A stretch of 64,000 nt of DNA from Eledone cirrhosa. Taxonomy: Eukaryota. How positions within the stretch are numbered: position 1 is the stretch's first letter; each line of letters starts with the position of its first letter. The position numbers were made by a program, and so were the translations under genes. The notes under the pieces were generated by a model that did no database searches, was not told the origin of the DNA, and saw only the letters and a program-made list of their open reading frames with translations. Below, one piece after another: positions 9,871 to 21,900 of this stretch. The stretch covers positions 34,472,001-34,536,000 of the forward strand of contig OZ024752.1 in NCBI GenBank assembly GCA_964016885.1, written 5' to 3'.

Positions 9871-12800
9871 ATGGCTATGCTAAGAGTAGGCTGTTTAAAT
9901 GCGCGTGGCCTGGGCTCAACTTGGAAGCAAGCAATGCTTCTAAATGACCTCAGGTCACAACGTATAGATGTGATGGTTATTTGCGAGGCCCGGATCAGCA
10001 ACGTGCGACAGCTGGCCCCCACCTTTGATGACTTTGAGATGCACGCATCTCTCTGTCAGCCCGGAGGTGGGGGTGGAGTTGTCGTTCTGCTGCAAAAACA
10101 TCTGGGTCTCGCAACACAGATGGTACATTTGGACCCGGAGGGTCGACTAGTGGTTCTGGACCTTGGCAGTGGTAAAGGCGGAGCGTTTAGGTTGGTAGCC
10201 GCCTACGGCCCTTTCGGGTCAATGCGGCCGGACTTCTTCCATCGTCTGGAGACTTTTCTAGGGACGTCCCGCTCCTTGCTATTAGTGGGGGACTGGAATG
10301 GTATCCTAGATGCACGCTGGGACTACGTAGGGGCCTGCCCCGATAGAGAGGGGTGTAATAGCCTCAAAGGGTTAATCGGTCGATTTGACCTGGCCGATAG
10401 ATATCGACTAGATTTTCCGACTGCGCCAACCTGGACTTGGGCAAATCGTAGCGGATCATCTAGGTCGTACCTAGATAGGTTCTTAGTTAGAATTAAGGAT
10501 AAGGACTTTTTAAGTTGTCCAAAAATGCGCATTGTTGGCTATTCAGACCACAAATTAGTGACCTGCATGGTCAACCTTGACAGAACTCATAGACAGGGCC
10601 CCGGTTACTGGAAGCTCAACTTGTCCTTGCCGGCAAGTAGAGCCTACAGGAATCGGATTAGTACGTTAGTTAAGGAACGGTTGACTGGAGCGATCGTCAA
10701 CAGCAGGTGGTGGGTATCTCTAAAGAGAGAGATTAGAGTAGTCTCGATAGAATTTAGTAAGGTTCTAGCTGCGGATAGGAATAGGAAGGAAAGGGAGCTA
10801 ATAGATAGAGTAGAAGAGGCAATTAGAAGCGGCGACGTGGCCAGAGTGCTAGCGTCGAGAACGGCGTTGAGCCAGTTTTTCGACGCGAAGCACGAAGGCT
10901 GCGTTGTCCGAAGTAAAATACGTGCTCTAGGGAACGAGGGGACCAAAGCTGTTAGCTGGGCCCGCGTGACAGAGGCCAACAGTGGAACTAAATCCACCAT
11001 CCGGTCTTTGCAAGTCCTGGATGGACGGGCGATTCTTGAGCCTAAGCAGATGTGTGAGGCCTTTCAAAGGCACTTTGCCCGACTGTTCGGGAGGGGCGGG
11101 GAGCCGGTTGGGAACGTGGACTTCGGTCCATACCTCGACGGCCTGCCGCGCCTCTCGGACAGGGAGGCGAAGTCCTGCGAGGAGCCGATTTCGGCCGCTG
11201 AGATAGAGGACGTGCTGAGCCAATGCGGCAAACGCAAATCCCCGGGTCTCGATGGTCTTCCTTACGAATTATATCTAGCTATGCCGGACTTGTTCCCCGA
11301 TCTCCTCGAGGCGGTCTACTGCAACTGGCAACAGAACGGGAGAATTCCCTGTACTGTGACCAAGGGCGTAGTGACGCTAGTGAGGAAGGACGAGAACAAG
11401 GGGGACGAAATAAGTAACTTCAGGCCCATAACACTGCTAAATACAGAGTTACAGATTTTGGCCAAGGTGCTAGCAAAGAGGTTGGCGCTTGTCGTGGGCA
11501 ACCTGGTGGGAGATGCGCAGACATGCGCTATCCCGTCCAGGTCCATCCATGACAACCTCCACCTCATGCGATACATCATAGAGAGGGTTGGGAACGAACC
11601 CGGCTTTGGTGGGGCTCTGATCAACTTGGATCAATCTAAGGCGTTCGATAGGGTCGACCATGGTTACCTGGATGCGGTGCTAGCGGCGGCAGGCTTCGGA
11701 CCCGTTTTCAGGGGCTGGATCACTGCTATGCACAGCAGCCGCATCTGCTCTAGGGTCAAGGTGAACGGCTACCTCTCGGAGCCGTTCAAAATCGCGCGGT
11801 CCATCCGACAAGGGTGCCCTCTCTCCTCCCTTCTGTATGTGTTGACTCTCGAGCCACTACTGCGGAAGTTGGAGTTGTTGCAGGGCATCCCTTTGGAACC
11901 GGGATTGCGGAAAGCGGTGTCGGCCTACGCCGATGACGTGACAGTAATGGTGTCGACGGCCTCCGAAATCGAGGCGGTCGGCACCTTACTGGAGGAGTAC
12001 GAAAAGTTCACAGGGGCTAAGCTGAACCGGGACAAGTCGATCGGTTTGCAACTCGGCACGTGGAGGGGCAGACCGATGCCCTCCGATAGCGTCGTCGGAC
12101 GCTGGACGGAGGGCCCGGTGAAGTTGCTCGGGGTCTGGTTCGGACCGGACCTCCAGGTGGAGAAAAACTGGGCGGAGGTTACGAACAGGGTGTTTGCACT
12201 GACCCAGAAGTGGGCCAGTTGCAAACTATCCCTGAAAGGTCGGGCGGAGGTGGCGAACACCTACATAGCGTCCGTCATCTACTACCGCCTGACCGTAGTG
12301 CCCTGCCCAAGGGAAACCCTCACCAAGATGGAGCGCGCGCTCTTCCAATTCCTTTGGAAGAGGCGGGCTCCTATGGTGAGGAGATCCATCTGCTGTCAAC
12401 ACCCTTCGAAAGGAGGGCTGGGGATGCCGTGGCTAATGATGCGTAAACACGCATTAAGGCTACGGCACCTCTACGTATTCCTCACCGGACAACCGGTGTG
12501 GGCCTCGTTTGTGAGACGAACCTTTCCCAAACTCGTCTCACTCACCGAGCTGCAATCCTGGGTCAAGCAAAGACCGAGAAAACTGGGCGCCTGGCACACT
12601 GAGTGTGCCCAGGCGCTCACCGCCCTCTGGCAGGCGGATCCGGTTATCAGTGGAGACTCCACCGCAACATTCTATAGAGGGCTGGTACGCAGCAGGTGCG
12701 ACGACGCCCTCGGAGAAGCCCTAGACATGGAGGAGGACGAACTGGCCAGCCTGTTCGGTAGGACATTCAGCCCGGGACCTATGGACAACTTCCAGAAGTC

Positions 12801-13308
12801 CCTGGCCTGGCAGTGCTACCGAGGGGCTTTACCCGTTCGAGAAAGGCTCTACAGACACGGGCGCCCGGGTAGGGACCCCGCCAAAAAGATCTGTCCCAGA
12901 TGCGTGTGCGACGAGGAAACCGTTGCACACGCATTAGTACACTGCTCGGGCGTAGCCGATCTGTGGGGCTATGTCGAACAACTGCTGTCAAGGGTGGGAC
13001 CGATCCGGTTGACCACCGAGTCGATTGTAATGATCAAGCCGCCTCCCCCCTTCAAAGATGAAGCAGAGGCGGTGTTTCTGTGCGTAATAGCCATGGCGAA
13101 AGAGGTTGTATGGTGGACGCGTCTGAAAGGACTGAGGTCGGGCACCTTTCTCTCTGGCCAACAACTGGTCCGTTTCTTCCGATATCATTTCGGAAGAAGG
13201 ATCAGGATGGAGAGAGAGGTGCTGCACCCCAGCCGTTTCTATGAAAGATGGGTGAAAGTGGCGAGAATGGCCCGTGTGAATGGGCCTTCACTCTACATCA
13301 GACTATAG
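9871..13308 (+). CDS. LINE ORF2p: APE endonuclease, reverse transcriptase and C-terminal zinc finger (Tx1-like)
   Basis: APE motifs LNARGL, GDWN, SYLDRF and SDHK; linker GPGYWKLN; RT motifs KSPGLDG, NFRPITLLN, DQSKAFDRV, RQGCPLS and YADD; C-terminal CPRC...EETVAHALVHC. The frame is open from 9847 and the first ATG is at 9871. Confidence 0.96.
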   Translation: MAMLRVGCLNARGLGSTWKQAMLLNDLRSQRIDVMVICEARISNVRQLAPTFDDFEMHASLCQPGGGGGVVVLLQKHLGLATQMVHLDPEGRLVVLDLGSGKGGAFRLVAAYGPFGSMRPDFFHRLETFLGTSRSLLLVGDWNGILDARWDYVGACPDREGCNSLKGLIGRFDLADRYRLDFPTAPTWTWANRSGSSRSYLDRFLVRIKDKDFLSCPKMRIVGYSDHKLVTCMVNLDRTHRQGPGYWKLNLSLPASRAYRNRISTLVKERLTGAIVNSRWWVSLKREIRVVSIEFSKVLAADRNRKERELIDRVEEAIRSGDVARVLASRTALSQFFDAKHEGCVVRSKIRALGNEGTKAVSWARVTEANSGTKSTIRSLQVLDGRAILEPKQMCEAFQRHFARLFGRGGEPVGNVDFGPYLDGLPRLSDREAKSCEEPISAAEIEDVLSQCGKRKSPGLDGLPYELYLAMPDLFPDLLEAVYCNWQQNGRIPCTVTKGVVTLVRKDENKGDEISNFRPITLLNTELQILAKVLAKRLALVVGNLVGDAQTCAIPSRSIHDNLHLMRYIIERVGNEPGFGGALINLDQSKAFDRVDHGYLDAVLAAAGFGPVFRGWITAMHSSRICSRVKVNGYLSEPFKIARSIRQGCPLSSLLYVLTLEPLLRKLELLQGIPLEPGLRKAVSAYADDVTVMVSTASEIEAVGTLLEEYEKFTGAKLNRDKSIGLQLGTWRGRPMPSDSVVGRWTEGPVKLLGVWFGPDLQVEKNWAEVTNRVFALTQKWASCKLSLKGRAEVANTYIASVIYYRLTVVPCPRETLTKMERALFQFLWKRRAPMVRRSICCQHPSKGGLGMPWLMMRKHALRLRHLYVFLTGQPVWASFVRRTFPKLVSLTELQSWVKQRPRKLGAWHTECAQALTALWQADPVISGDSTATFYRGLVRSRCDDALGEALDMEEDELASLFGRTFSPGPMDNFQKSLAWQCYRGALPVRERLYRHGRPGRDPAKKICPRCVCDEETVAHALVHCSGVADLWGYVEQLLSRVGPIRLTTESIVMIKPPPPFKDEAEAVFLCVIAMAKEVVWWTRLKGLRSGTFLSGQQLVRFFRYHFGRRIRMEREVLHPSRFYERWVKVARMARVNGPSLYIRL

Positions 13309-13572
13309 GTGAGGAAGATGAAAGACCAAGGGAGCACCCCTTCTCTGTGCTCCTGAGGAGAAGGGTTGCACACTTTTTTCGGGGGTGTGTGCGACCCCCC
13401 AAGGCGCCTCCTCTCTATTGAGGATTTTGTTAAAAATTTTATTTTTTGTTATATCTTATTTTATTTTTATATTTTGTTATTGCCTCCTCCTTATTGAGGA
13501 CGCCTTTTTGTGTAAACTCCCCCCTTTGTACTTGTCCCACTTTTGATGCCCTAGTGGCAAATAAAAGAAATA

Positions 13573-13656
13573 TATCTATCTATCTCACCCTCTCTCTCTC
13601 TCCACCCTCTCCCTCACTGACCCCTCTCTCTATATCTATCTACACCCCCACTCTCT
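13573..13656. repeat. (TCTA)n/(TC)n repeat; right flank of the LINE
   Basis: Continues the repeat interrupted at 7841. Confidence 0.88.
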
Positions 13657-14030
13657 AAATCAATAAGTTCAGCTCACACCATTCACGTAATTTTCTTTTT
13701 GGAATTATTATTGATTATACATTTATACAATTGACTTAGTTTTTAGAATGTCGGATAGAATGCTTTGCGTTAATAGTTCCAGTTCTCTGAGTTCAAATCC
13801 CTTCTAACGACTCTTTCAAGTTGCCGCCTTACACTCATACTCACACTCAATCATACACCCCCACATGCATTCTCACACACAATCATACACACACGAACAT
13901 ATACACATACAAACACACACATATAAAAAACAGGAACGATCGACTTTCGTCAAATCGGACCGAGGGAACACTGTTTCCGTTGGTCTTTCCAATTGCTAAT
14001 ACTATCTATCGGTCGCAACTCCAGGTAGAA

Positions 14031-14147
14031 GGAGCAACGTGAAATAAAGTGTCTTGCTCAAGGACATAACGCATCGCCTGATCCAGGAATCGAACTCACA
14101 ACCTTACGATTGCGAATCCAATTCTCTAACCACTCAGCCACACGCCT
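14031..14147 (-). mobile_element. tRNA-derived SINE, 5' portion
   Basis: Minus strand reads AGGCGTG-TGGCTGAGTGG (A box)...GAGTTCGATTCC (B box), then TGTCCTTGAGCAAGACACTT, which resembles the conserved central SINE domain. No complete tRNA cloverleaf. Confidence 0.82.
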
Positions 14148-14151
14148 TCAC

Positions 14152-14152
14152 A

Positions 14153-14210
<58 letters not shown>

Positions 14211-15655
14211 ATGTATATACATACATGCATACACACACACATATATGCAGACATACATACACACATATAAACATTCATACATACACACACACACACATGC
14301 ATATACACATACATACACATATATATATATATATATACATACATATATACACACACATGTACATACATACTTACACCTCATATATACATACATACACACA
14401 TACATGCATAAATAAATAAATACATACATAAATATACACACACATACATACATATACACACACATACATACATATACACACACATATATACTACATACAC
14501 ACAAATAAACATTCATAAATGCATACATACACACACATATACATATATACATACTTACACACATATATACATACATACACACATACATGCATAAATAAAT
14601 AAATACATACATACATAAATATACACACACATACATACATATACACACACATATATACTACATACACACAAATAAACATTCATAAATGCATACATACACA
14701 CACATATACATATATACATACTTACACACATATATACATACATACACACATACATGCATAAATAAATAAATACATACATACATACATAAATATACACACA
14801 CACATACATACATATACACACACGTATATACATACATACACACAAATAAACATTCATAAATGCATACATACACACACATATACATATATACATACTTACA
14901 CACATATATACATACATACACACATACATGCATAAATAAATAAATACATACATACATAAATATACACACACACATACATACATATACACACACATATATA
15001 CTACATACACACAAATAAACATTCATAAATGCATACATACACACACATATACATATATACATACTTACACACATATATACATACATACACAGATACATGC
15101 ATAAATAAATAAATACATACATACATAAATATACACACACATACATACATATACACACACATATATACTACATACACACAAATAAACATTGATAAATGCA
15201 TACATACACACACATATACATATATACATACTTACACACATATATACATACATACACACATACATGCATAAATAAATAAATACATACATACATAAATATA
15301 CACGCACACATACATACATATACACACACATATATACTACATACACACAAATAAACATTCATAAATGCATACATACACACACATATACATATATACATAC
15401 TTACACACATATATACATACATACACACATACATGCATAAATAAATAAATACATACATACATAAATATACACACACATACATACATATACACACACATAT
15501 ATACTACATACACACAAATAAACATTGATAAATGCATACATACACACACATATATATATACATATATACATATTTACACGCATATATACATACACACATA
15601 CATGCATCCATCCATACACACATACATACATGTACACACATATATACATACATAT
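14152..15655. repeat. (CATA)/(CA)/(TA) tract organised as ~7 tandem copies of a ~168-176-bp unit
   Basis: Landmark (CT)ACATACACACAAATAAACATT(C/G)ATAAATGC recurs near 14491, 14658, 14833, 15001, 15168, 15337 and 15504. Confidence 0.92.
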
Positions 15656-15947
15656 AAAGTTACCATTTATAATATTTGCCTAACAGCTGTAACAACTGTA
15701 AAGGATATATAATATTTACCTGTAAAGGATATTTACAGGTAAATATTGACATTAGTATTGTACAGTCACAGTCGAGTAACATTTAACTGATAATCTAGCC
15801 AGGTATGTATTTCACCTGCTGGAAGTCAGTAAGCCGGGTACATAGGGAATCAGAAAGCCGGGTACATAGGAAGTCAACTATAGGCCATCAGATGTGTAGA
15901 AGTCAGAAAACCGGATTTAAAAGAACAAAGGCAATAAAGCCACTAAA

Positions 15948-18900
15948 ATGCACAGGGTTACTGAGAAGAGGCAATGGTAAGACAGAGAGAACATGCACAG
16001 GGTTACTGAGAAGGGGCAATGGTAAGACAGAGAGAACATGCACAGGGTTACTGAGAAGGGGCAATGGTAAGACAGAGAGAACATGCACAGGGTTACTGAG
16101 AAGAGGCAATGGTAAGACAGAGAGAACATGCACAGGGTTACTGAGAAGGGGCAATGGTAAGACAGAGAGAACATGCACAGGGTTACTGAGAAGGGGCAAT
16201 GGTAAGACAGAGAGAACATGCACAGGGTTACTGAGAAGGGGCAATGGTAAGACAGAGAGAACATGCACAGTGGTACTGAGAAGGGGCAATGGTAAGACAG
16301 AGAGAACATGCAAAGGGTTACTGAGAAGGGGCAATGGTAAGACAGAGAGAACATGCACAGGGTTACTGAGAAGGGGCAATGGTAAGACAGAGAGAACATG
16401 CACAGGGTTACTGAGAAGGGGCAATGGTAAGACAGAGAGAACATGCACAGGGTTACTGAGAAGGGGCAATGGTAAGACAGAGAGAACATGCACAGGGTTA
16501 CTGAGAAGGGGCAATGGTAAGACAGAGAGAACATGCACAGGGTTACTGAGAAGGGGCAATGGTAAGACAGAGAGAACATGCACAGTGTTACTGAGAAGGG
16601 GCAATGGTAAGACAGAGAGAACATGTACAGGGTTACTGAGAAAGGGAAATAGTAAGACAGAGAGAACATGCATAGGGTTACTGAGAAGGGGCAATGGTAA
16701 GACAGAGAGAACATACACAGGGTTACTGAGAAGGGGCAATGGTAAGACAGAGAGAACAGGCACAGGGTTACTGAGAAGGGGCAATGGTAAGACAGAGAGA
16801 ACATGCACAGTGTTACTGAGAAGGGGCAATGGTAAGACAGAGAGAACATGCACAGTGTTACTGAGAAGGGGCAATGGTAAGACAGAGAGAACATGCACAG
16901 GGTTACTGAGAAAGGGAAATAGTAAGACAGAGAGAACATGCATAGGGTTACTGAGAAGGGGCAATGGTAAGACAGAGAGAACATACACAGGGTTACTGAG
17001 AAGGGGCAATGGTAAGACAGAGAGAACAGGCACAGGGTTACTGAGAAGGGGCAATGGTAAGACAGAGAGAACATGCACATGGTTACTGAGAAGGGGCAAT
17101 GGTAAGACAGAGAGAACATGCACAGGGTTACTCAGAAGGGGCAATGGTAAGACAGAGAGAACATGCACAGTGGTACTGAGAAGGGGCAATGGTAAGACAG
17201 AGAGAACATGCACAGTGTTACTGAGAAGGGGCAATGGTAAGACAGAGAGAACATGCACAGTGGTACTGAGAAGGGGCAATGGTAAGACAAAGAGAACATG
17301 CACAGGGTTACTGAGAAGGGGCAATGGTAAGACAGAGAGAACATGCACAGGGTTACTGAGAAGGGGCAATGGTAAGACAGAGAGAACATGCACAGGGTTA
17401 CTGAGAAAGGGCAATGGTAAGACAGAGAGAACATGCACAGGGTTACTGAGAAAGGGAAATAGTAAGACAGAGAGAACATGCACAGGGTTACTGAGAAGGG
17501 GAAATGGTAAGACAGAGAGAACATGCACAGGGTTACTGAGAAGGGGCAATGGTAAGACAGAGGGAACATGCACAGGGTTACTGAGAAAGGGAAATGGTAA
17601 GACAGAGAGAACATGCACAGGGTTACTGAGAAGGGGCAATGGTAAGACAGAGAGAACAGGCACAGGGTTACTGAGAAGGGGCAATGGTAAGACAGAGAGA
17701 ACATGCACAGGGTTACTGAGAAGGGGCAATGGTAAGACAGAGAGAACATGTACAGGGTTACTGAGAAAGGGAAATGGTAAGACAGAGAGAACATGCACAG
17801 GGTTACTGAGAAGGGGCAATGGTAAGACAGAGAGAACATGCACAGGGTTACTGAGAAAGGGCAATGGTAAGACAGAGAGAACATGCACAGGGTTACTGAG
17901 AAGGGGAAATGGTAAGACAGAGAGAACATGCACAGGGTTACTGATAAAGGGAAATGGTAAGACAGAGAGAACATGCACAGGGTTACTGAGAAGAGGCAAT
18001 GGTAAGACAGAGAGAACATGCACAGGGTTACTGAGAAGGGGCAATGGTAAGACAGAGAGAACATGCACAGGGTTACTGAGAAGAGGCAATGGTAAGACAG
18101 AGAGAACATGCACAGGGTTACTGAGAAGAGGCAATGGTAAGACAGAGAGAACATGCACAGGGTTACTGAGAAGAGGCAATGGTAAGACAGAGAGAACATG
18201 CACAGGGTTACTGAGAAGGGGCAATGGTAAGACAGAGAGAACATGCACAGGGTTACTGAGAAGGGGCAATGGTAAGACAGAGAGAACATGCACAGGGTTA
18301 CTGAGAAGAGGCAATGGTAAGACAGAGAGAACATGCACAGGGTTACTGAGAAGAGGCAATGGTAAGACAGAGAGAACATGCACAGTGTTACTGAGAAGGG
18401 GCAATGGTAAGACAGTGAGAACATGCACAGGGTTACTGAGAAGGGGCAATGGTAAGACAGAGAGAACATATACAGGGTTACTGAGAAGGGGCAATGGTAA
18501 GACAGAGAGAACATGCACAGGGTTACTGAGAAAGGGCAATGGTAAGACAGAGAGAACATGCACAGTGTTACTGAGAAGGGGCAATGGTAAGACAGAGAGA
18601 ACATGCACAGGGTTACTGAGAAGGGGCAATGGTAAGACAGAGAGAACATGTACAGGGTTACTGAGAAGGGGCAATGGTAAGACAGAGAGAACATGCACAG
18701 GGTTACTGAGAAAGGGCAATGGTAAGACAGAGAGAACATGCACAGTGTTACTGAGAAGGGGCAATGGTAAGACAGAGAGAACATGCACAGGGTTACTGAG
18801 AAGGGGCAATGGTAAGACAGAGAGAACATGCACAGGGTTACTGAGAAAGGGAAATGGTAAGACAGAGAGAACATGCACAGGGTTACTGAGAAGGGGCAAT

Positions 18901-21900
18901 GGTAAGACAGAGAGAACATGCACAGGGTTACTGAGAAAGGGCAATGGTAAGACAGAGAGAACATGCACAGTGTTACTGAGAAGGGGCAATGGTAAGACAG
19001 AGAGAACATGCACAGGGTTACTGAGAAGGGGCAATGGTAAGACAGAGAGAACATCCACAGGGTTACTGAGAAGGGGCAATGGTAAGACAGAGAGAACATG
19101 CACAGGGTTACTGAGAAAGGGCAATGGTAAGACAGAGAGAACATGCACAGTGTTACTGAGAAGGGGCAATGGTAAGACAGAGAGAACATGCACAGGGTTA
19201 CTGAGAAGGGGCAATGGTAAGACAGAGAGAACATGCACAGGGTTACTGAGAAAGGGCAATGGTAAGACAGAGAGAACATGCACAGTGTTACTGAGAAGGG
19301 GAAATGGTAAGACAGAGAGAACATGCACAGGGTTACTGAGAAGGGGCAATGGTAAGACAGACAGAACATGCACAGTGGTACTGAGAAGGGGCAATGGTAA
19401 GACAGAGAGAACATCCACAGGGTTACTGAGAAGGGGCAATGGTAAGACAGAGAGAACATGCAGAGGGTTACTGAGAAGGGGCAATGGTAAGACAGAGAGA
19501 ACATGCACAGGGTTACTGAGAAAGGGCAATGGTAAGACAGAGAGAACATCCACAGGGTTACTGAGAAGGGGCAATGGTAAGACAGAGAGAACATGCAGAG
19601 GGTTACTGAGAAGGGGCAATGGTAAGACAGAGAGAACATGTACAGTGTTACTGAGAAGGGGCAATGGTAAGACAGTGAGAACATGCACAGGGTTACTGAG
19701 AAGGGGCAATGGTAAGACAGAGAGAACATGTACAGGGTTACTGAGAAGGGGCAATGGTAAGACAGAGAGAACATGCACAGGGTTACTGAGAAAGGGCAAT
19801 GGTAAGACAGAGAGAACATGCACAGTGTTACTGAGAAGGGGCAATGGTAAGACAGAGAGAACATGCACAGGGTTACTGAGAAGGGGCAATGGTAAGACAG
19901 AGAGAACATGCACAGGGTTACTGAGAAAGGGCAATGGTAAGACAGAGAGAACATGCACAGGGTTACTGAGAAGGGGCAATGGTAAGACAGAGAGAACATG
20001 CACAGGGTTACTGAGAAAGGGCAATGGTAAGACAGAGAGAACATGCACAGTGTTACTGAGAAGGGGCAATGGAAAGACATAGAGAACATGCACAGGGTTA
20101 CTGAGAAGGGGCAATGGTGGGACAGAGAGAACATGTACAGGGTTACTGAGAATGGGCAATGGTAAGACAGAGAGAACATGCACAGGGTTACTGAGAAGGG
20201 GCAATGGTAAGACAGAGAGAACATGCACAGGGTTACTGAGAAGAGGCAATGGTGAGACAGAGAGAACATGCACAGGGTTACTGAGAAAGGGCAATGATAA
20301 GACAGAGAGAACATGCACAGCGTTACTGAGAAGGGGCAATGGTAAGACAGAGAGAACATGCACAGGGTTACTGAGAAGAGGCAATGGTGAGACAGAGAGA
20401 ACATGCACAGGGTTACTGAGAAAGGGCAATGATAAGACAGAGAGAATATGTACAGGGTTACTGAGAAGGGGCAATGGTAAGACAGAGAGAACATGCACAG
20501 GGTTACTGAGAAGGGGCAATGGTGAGACAGAGAGAACATGCACAGGGTTACTGAGAAAGGGCAATGGTAAGACAGAGAGAACATGCACAGGGTTACTGAG
20601 AAGGGGCAATGGTAAGACAGAGAGAACATGCACAGGGTTACTGAGAAAGGGAAATAGTAAGACAGAGAGAACATGCATAGGGTTACTGAGAAGGGGAAAT
20701 GGTAAGACAGAGAGAACATGCACAGGGTTACTGAGAAGGGGCAATGGTAAGACAGAGAGAACAGGCACAGGGTTACTGAGAAGGGGCAATGGTAAGACAG
20801 AGAGAACATGCACAGGGTTACTGAGAAGGGGCAATGGTAAGACAGAGAGAACATGCACAGGGTTACTCAGAAGGGGCAATGGTAAGACAGAGAGAACATG
20901 CACAGTGGTACTGAGAAGGGGCAATGGTAAGACAGAGAGAACATGCACAGTGTTACTGAGAAGGGGCAATGGTAAGACAGAGAGAACATGCACAGTGGTA
21001 CTGAGAAGGGGCAATGGTAAGACAGAGAGAACATGCACAGTGGTACTGAGAAGGGGCAATGGTAAGACAGAGAGAACATGCACAATGTTACTGAGAAGGG
21101 GCAATGGTAAGACAGAGAGAACATGCACAGGGTTACTGAGAAGGGGCAATGGTAAGACAGAGAGAACAGGCACAGGGTTACTGAGAAGGGGCAATGGTAA
21201 GACAGAGAGAACATGCACAGGGTTACTTAGAAGGGGCAATGGTAAGACAGAGAGAACATGCACAGGGTTACTGAGAAGGGGCAATGGTAAGACAGAGAGA
21301 ACATGCACAGTGTTACTGAGAAGGGGCAATGGTAAGACAGAGAGAACAGGCACAGGGTTACTGAGAAGGGGCAATGGTAAGACAGAGAGAACAGGCACAG
21401 GGTTACTGAGAAGGGGCAATGGTAAGACAGAGAGAACAGGCACAGGGTTACTGAGAAGGGGAAATGGTAAGACAGAGAGAACATGCACAGGGTTACTGAG
21501 AAGGGGAAATGGTAAGACAGAGAGAACATGCACAGGGTTACTGAGAAGGGGCAATGGTAAGACAGAGAGAACAGGCACAGGGTTACTGAGAAGGGGCAAT
21601 GGTAAGACAGAGAGAACATGCACAGGGTTACTGAGAAGGGGCAATGGTAAGACAGAGAGAACATGCACAGGGTTACTGAGAAGGGGCAATGGTAAGACAG
21701 AGAGAACAGGCACAGGGTTACTGAGAAGGGGAAATGGTAAGACAGAGAGAACATGCACAGGGTTACTGAGAAGGGGCAATGGTAAGACAGAGAGAACAGG
21801 CACAGGGTTACTGAGAAGGGGCAATGGTAAGACAGAGAGAACAGGCACAGGGTTACTGAGAAGGGGAAATGGTAAGACAGAGAGAACATGCACAGGGTTA

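Larger units (their letters stand above)
7842..13572 (+). mobile_element. Apparently full-length, intact non-LTR retrotransposon of the L1/Tx1 clade
   Basis: Has a 5' UTR, two uninterrupted ORFs, and a 3' UTR with AATAAA (13560) and a short A-rich tail. Flanked by the 14-bp direct repeat TATCTATCTATCTC (7828-7841 and 13573-13586). Confidence 0.93.

Noticed and set aside
8110-13227. Antisense and alternative-frame ORFs inside the LINE
   Set aside because: They are shadow ORFs of compositionally biased coding sequence and carry no motifs.
13750-13805. Possible second SINE fragment (GAATGCTTTGCG...CTGAGTTCAAATCC)
   Set aside because: A B-box-like motif is present, but the fragment is too short and degenerate to call without a search.
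14031-14147. Functional tRNA gene
   Set aside because: A and B boxes are present but there is no proper acceptor stem, and the sequence continues into a SINE body.
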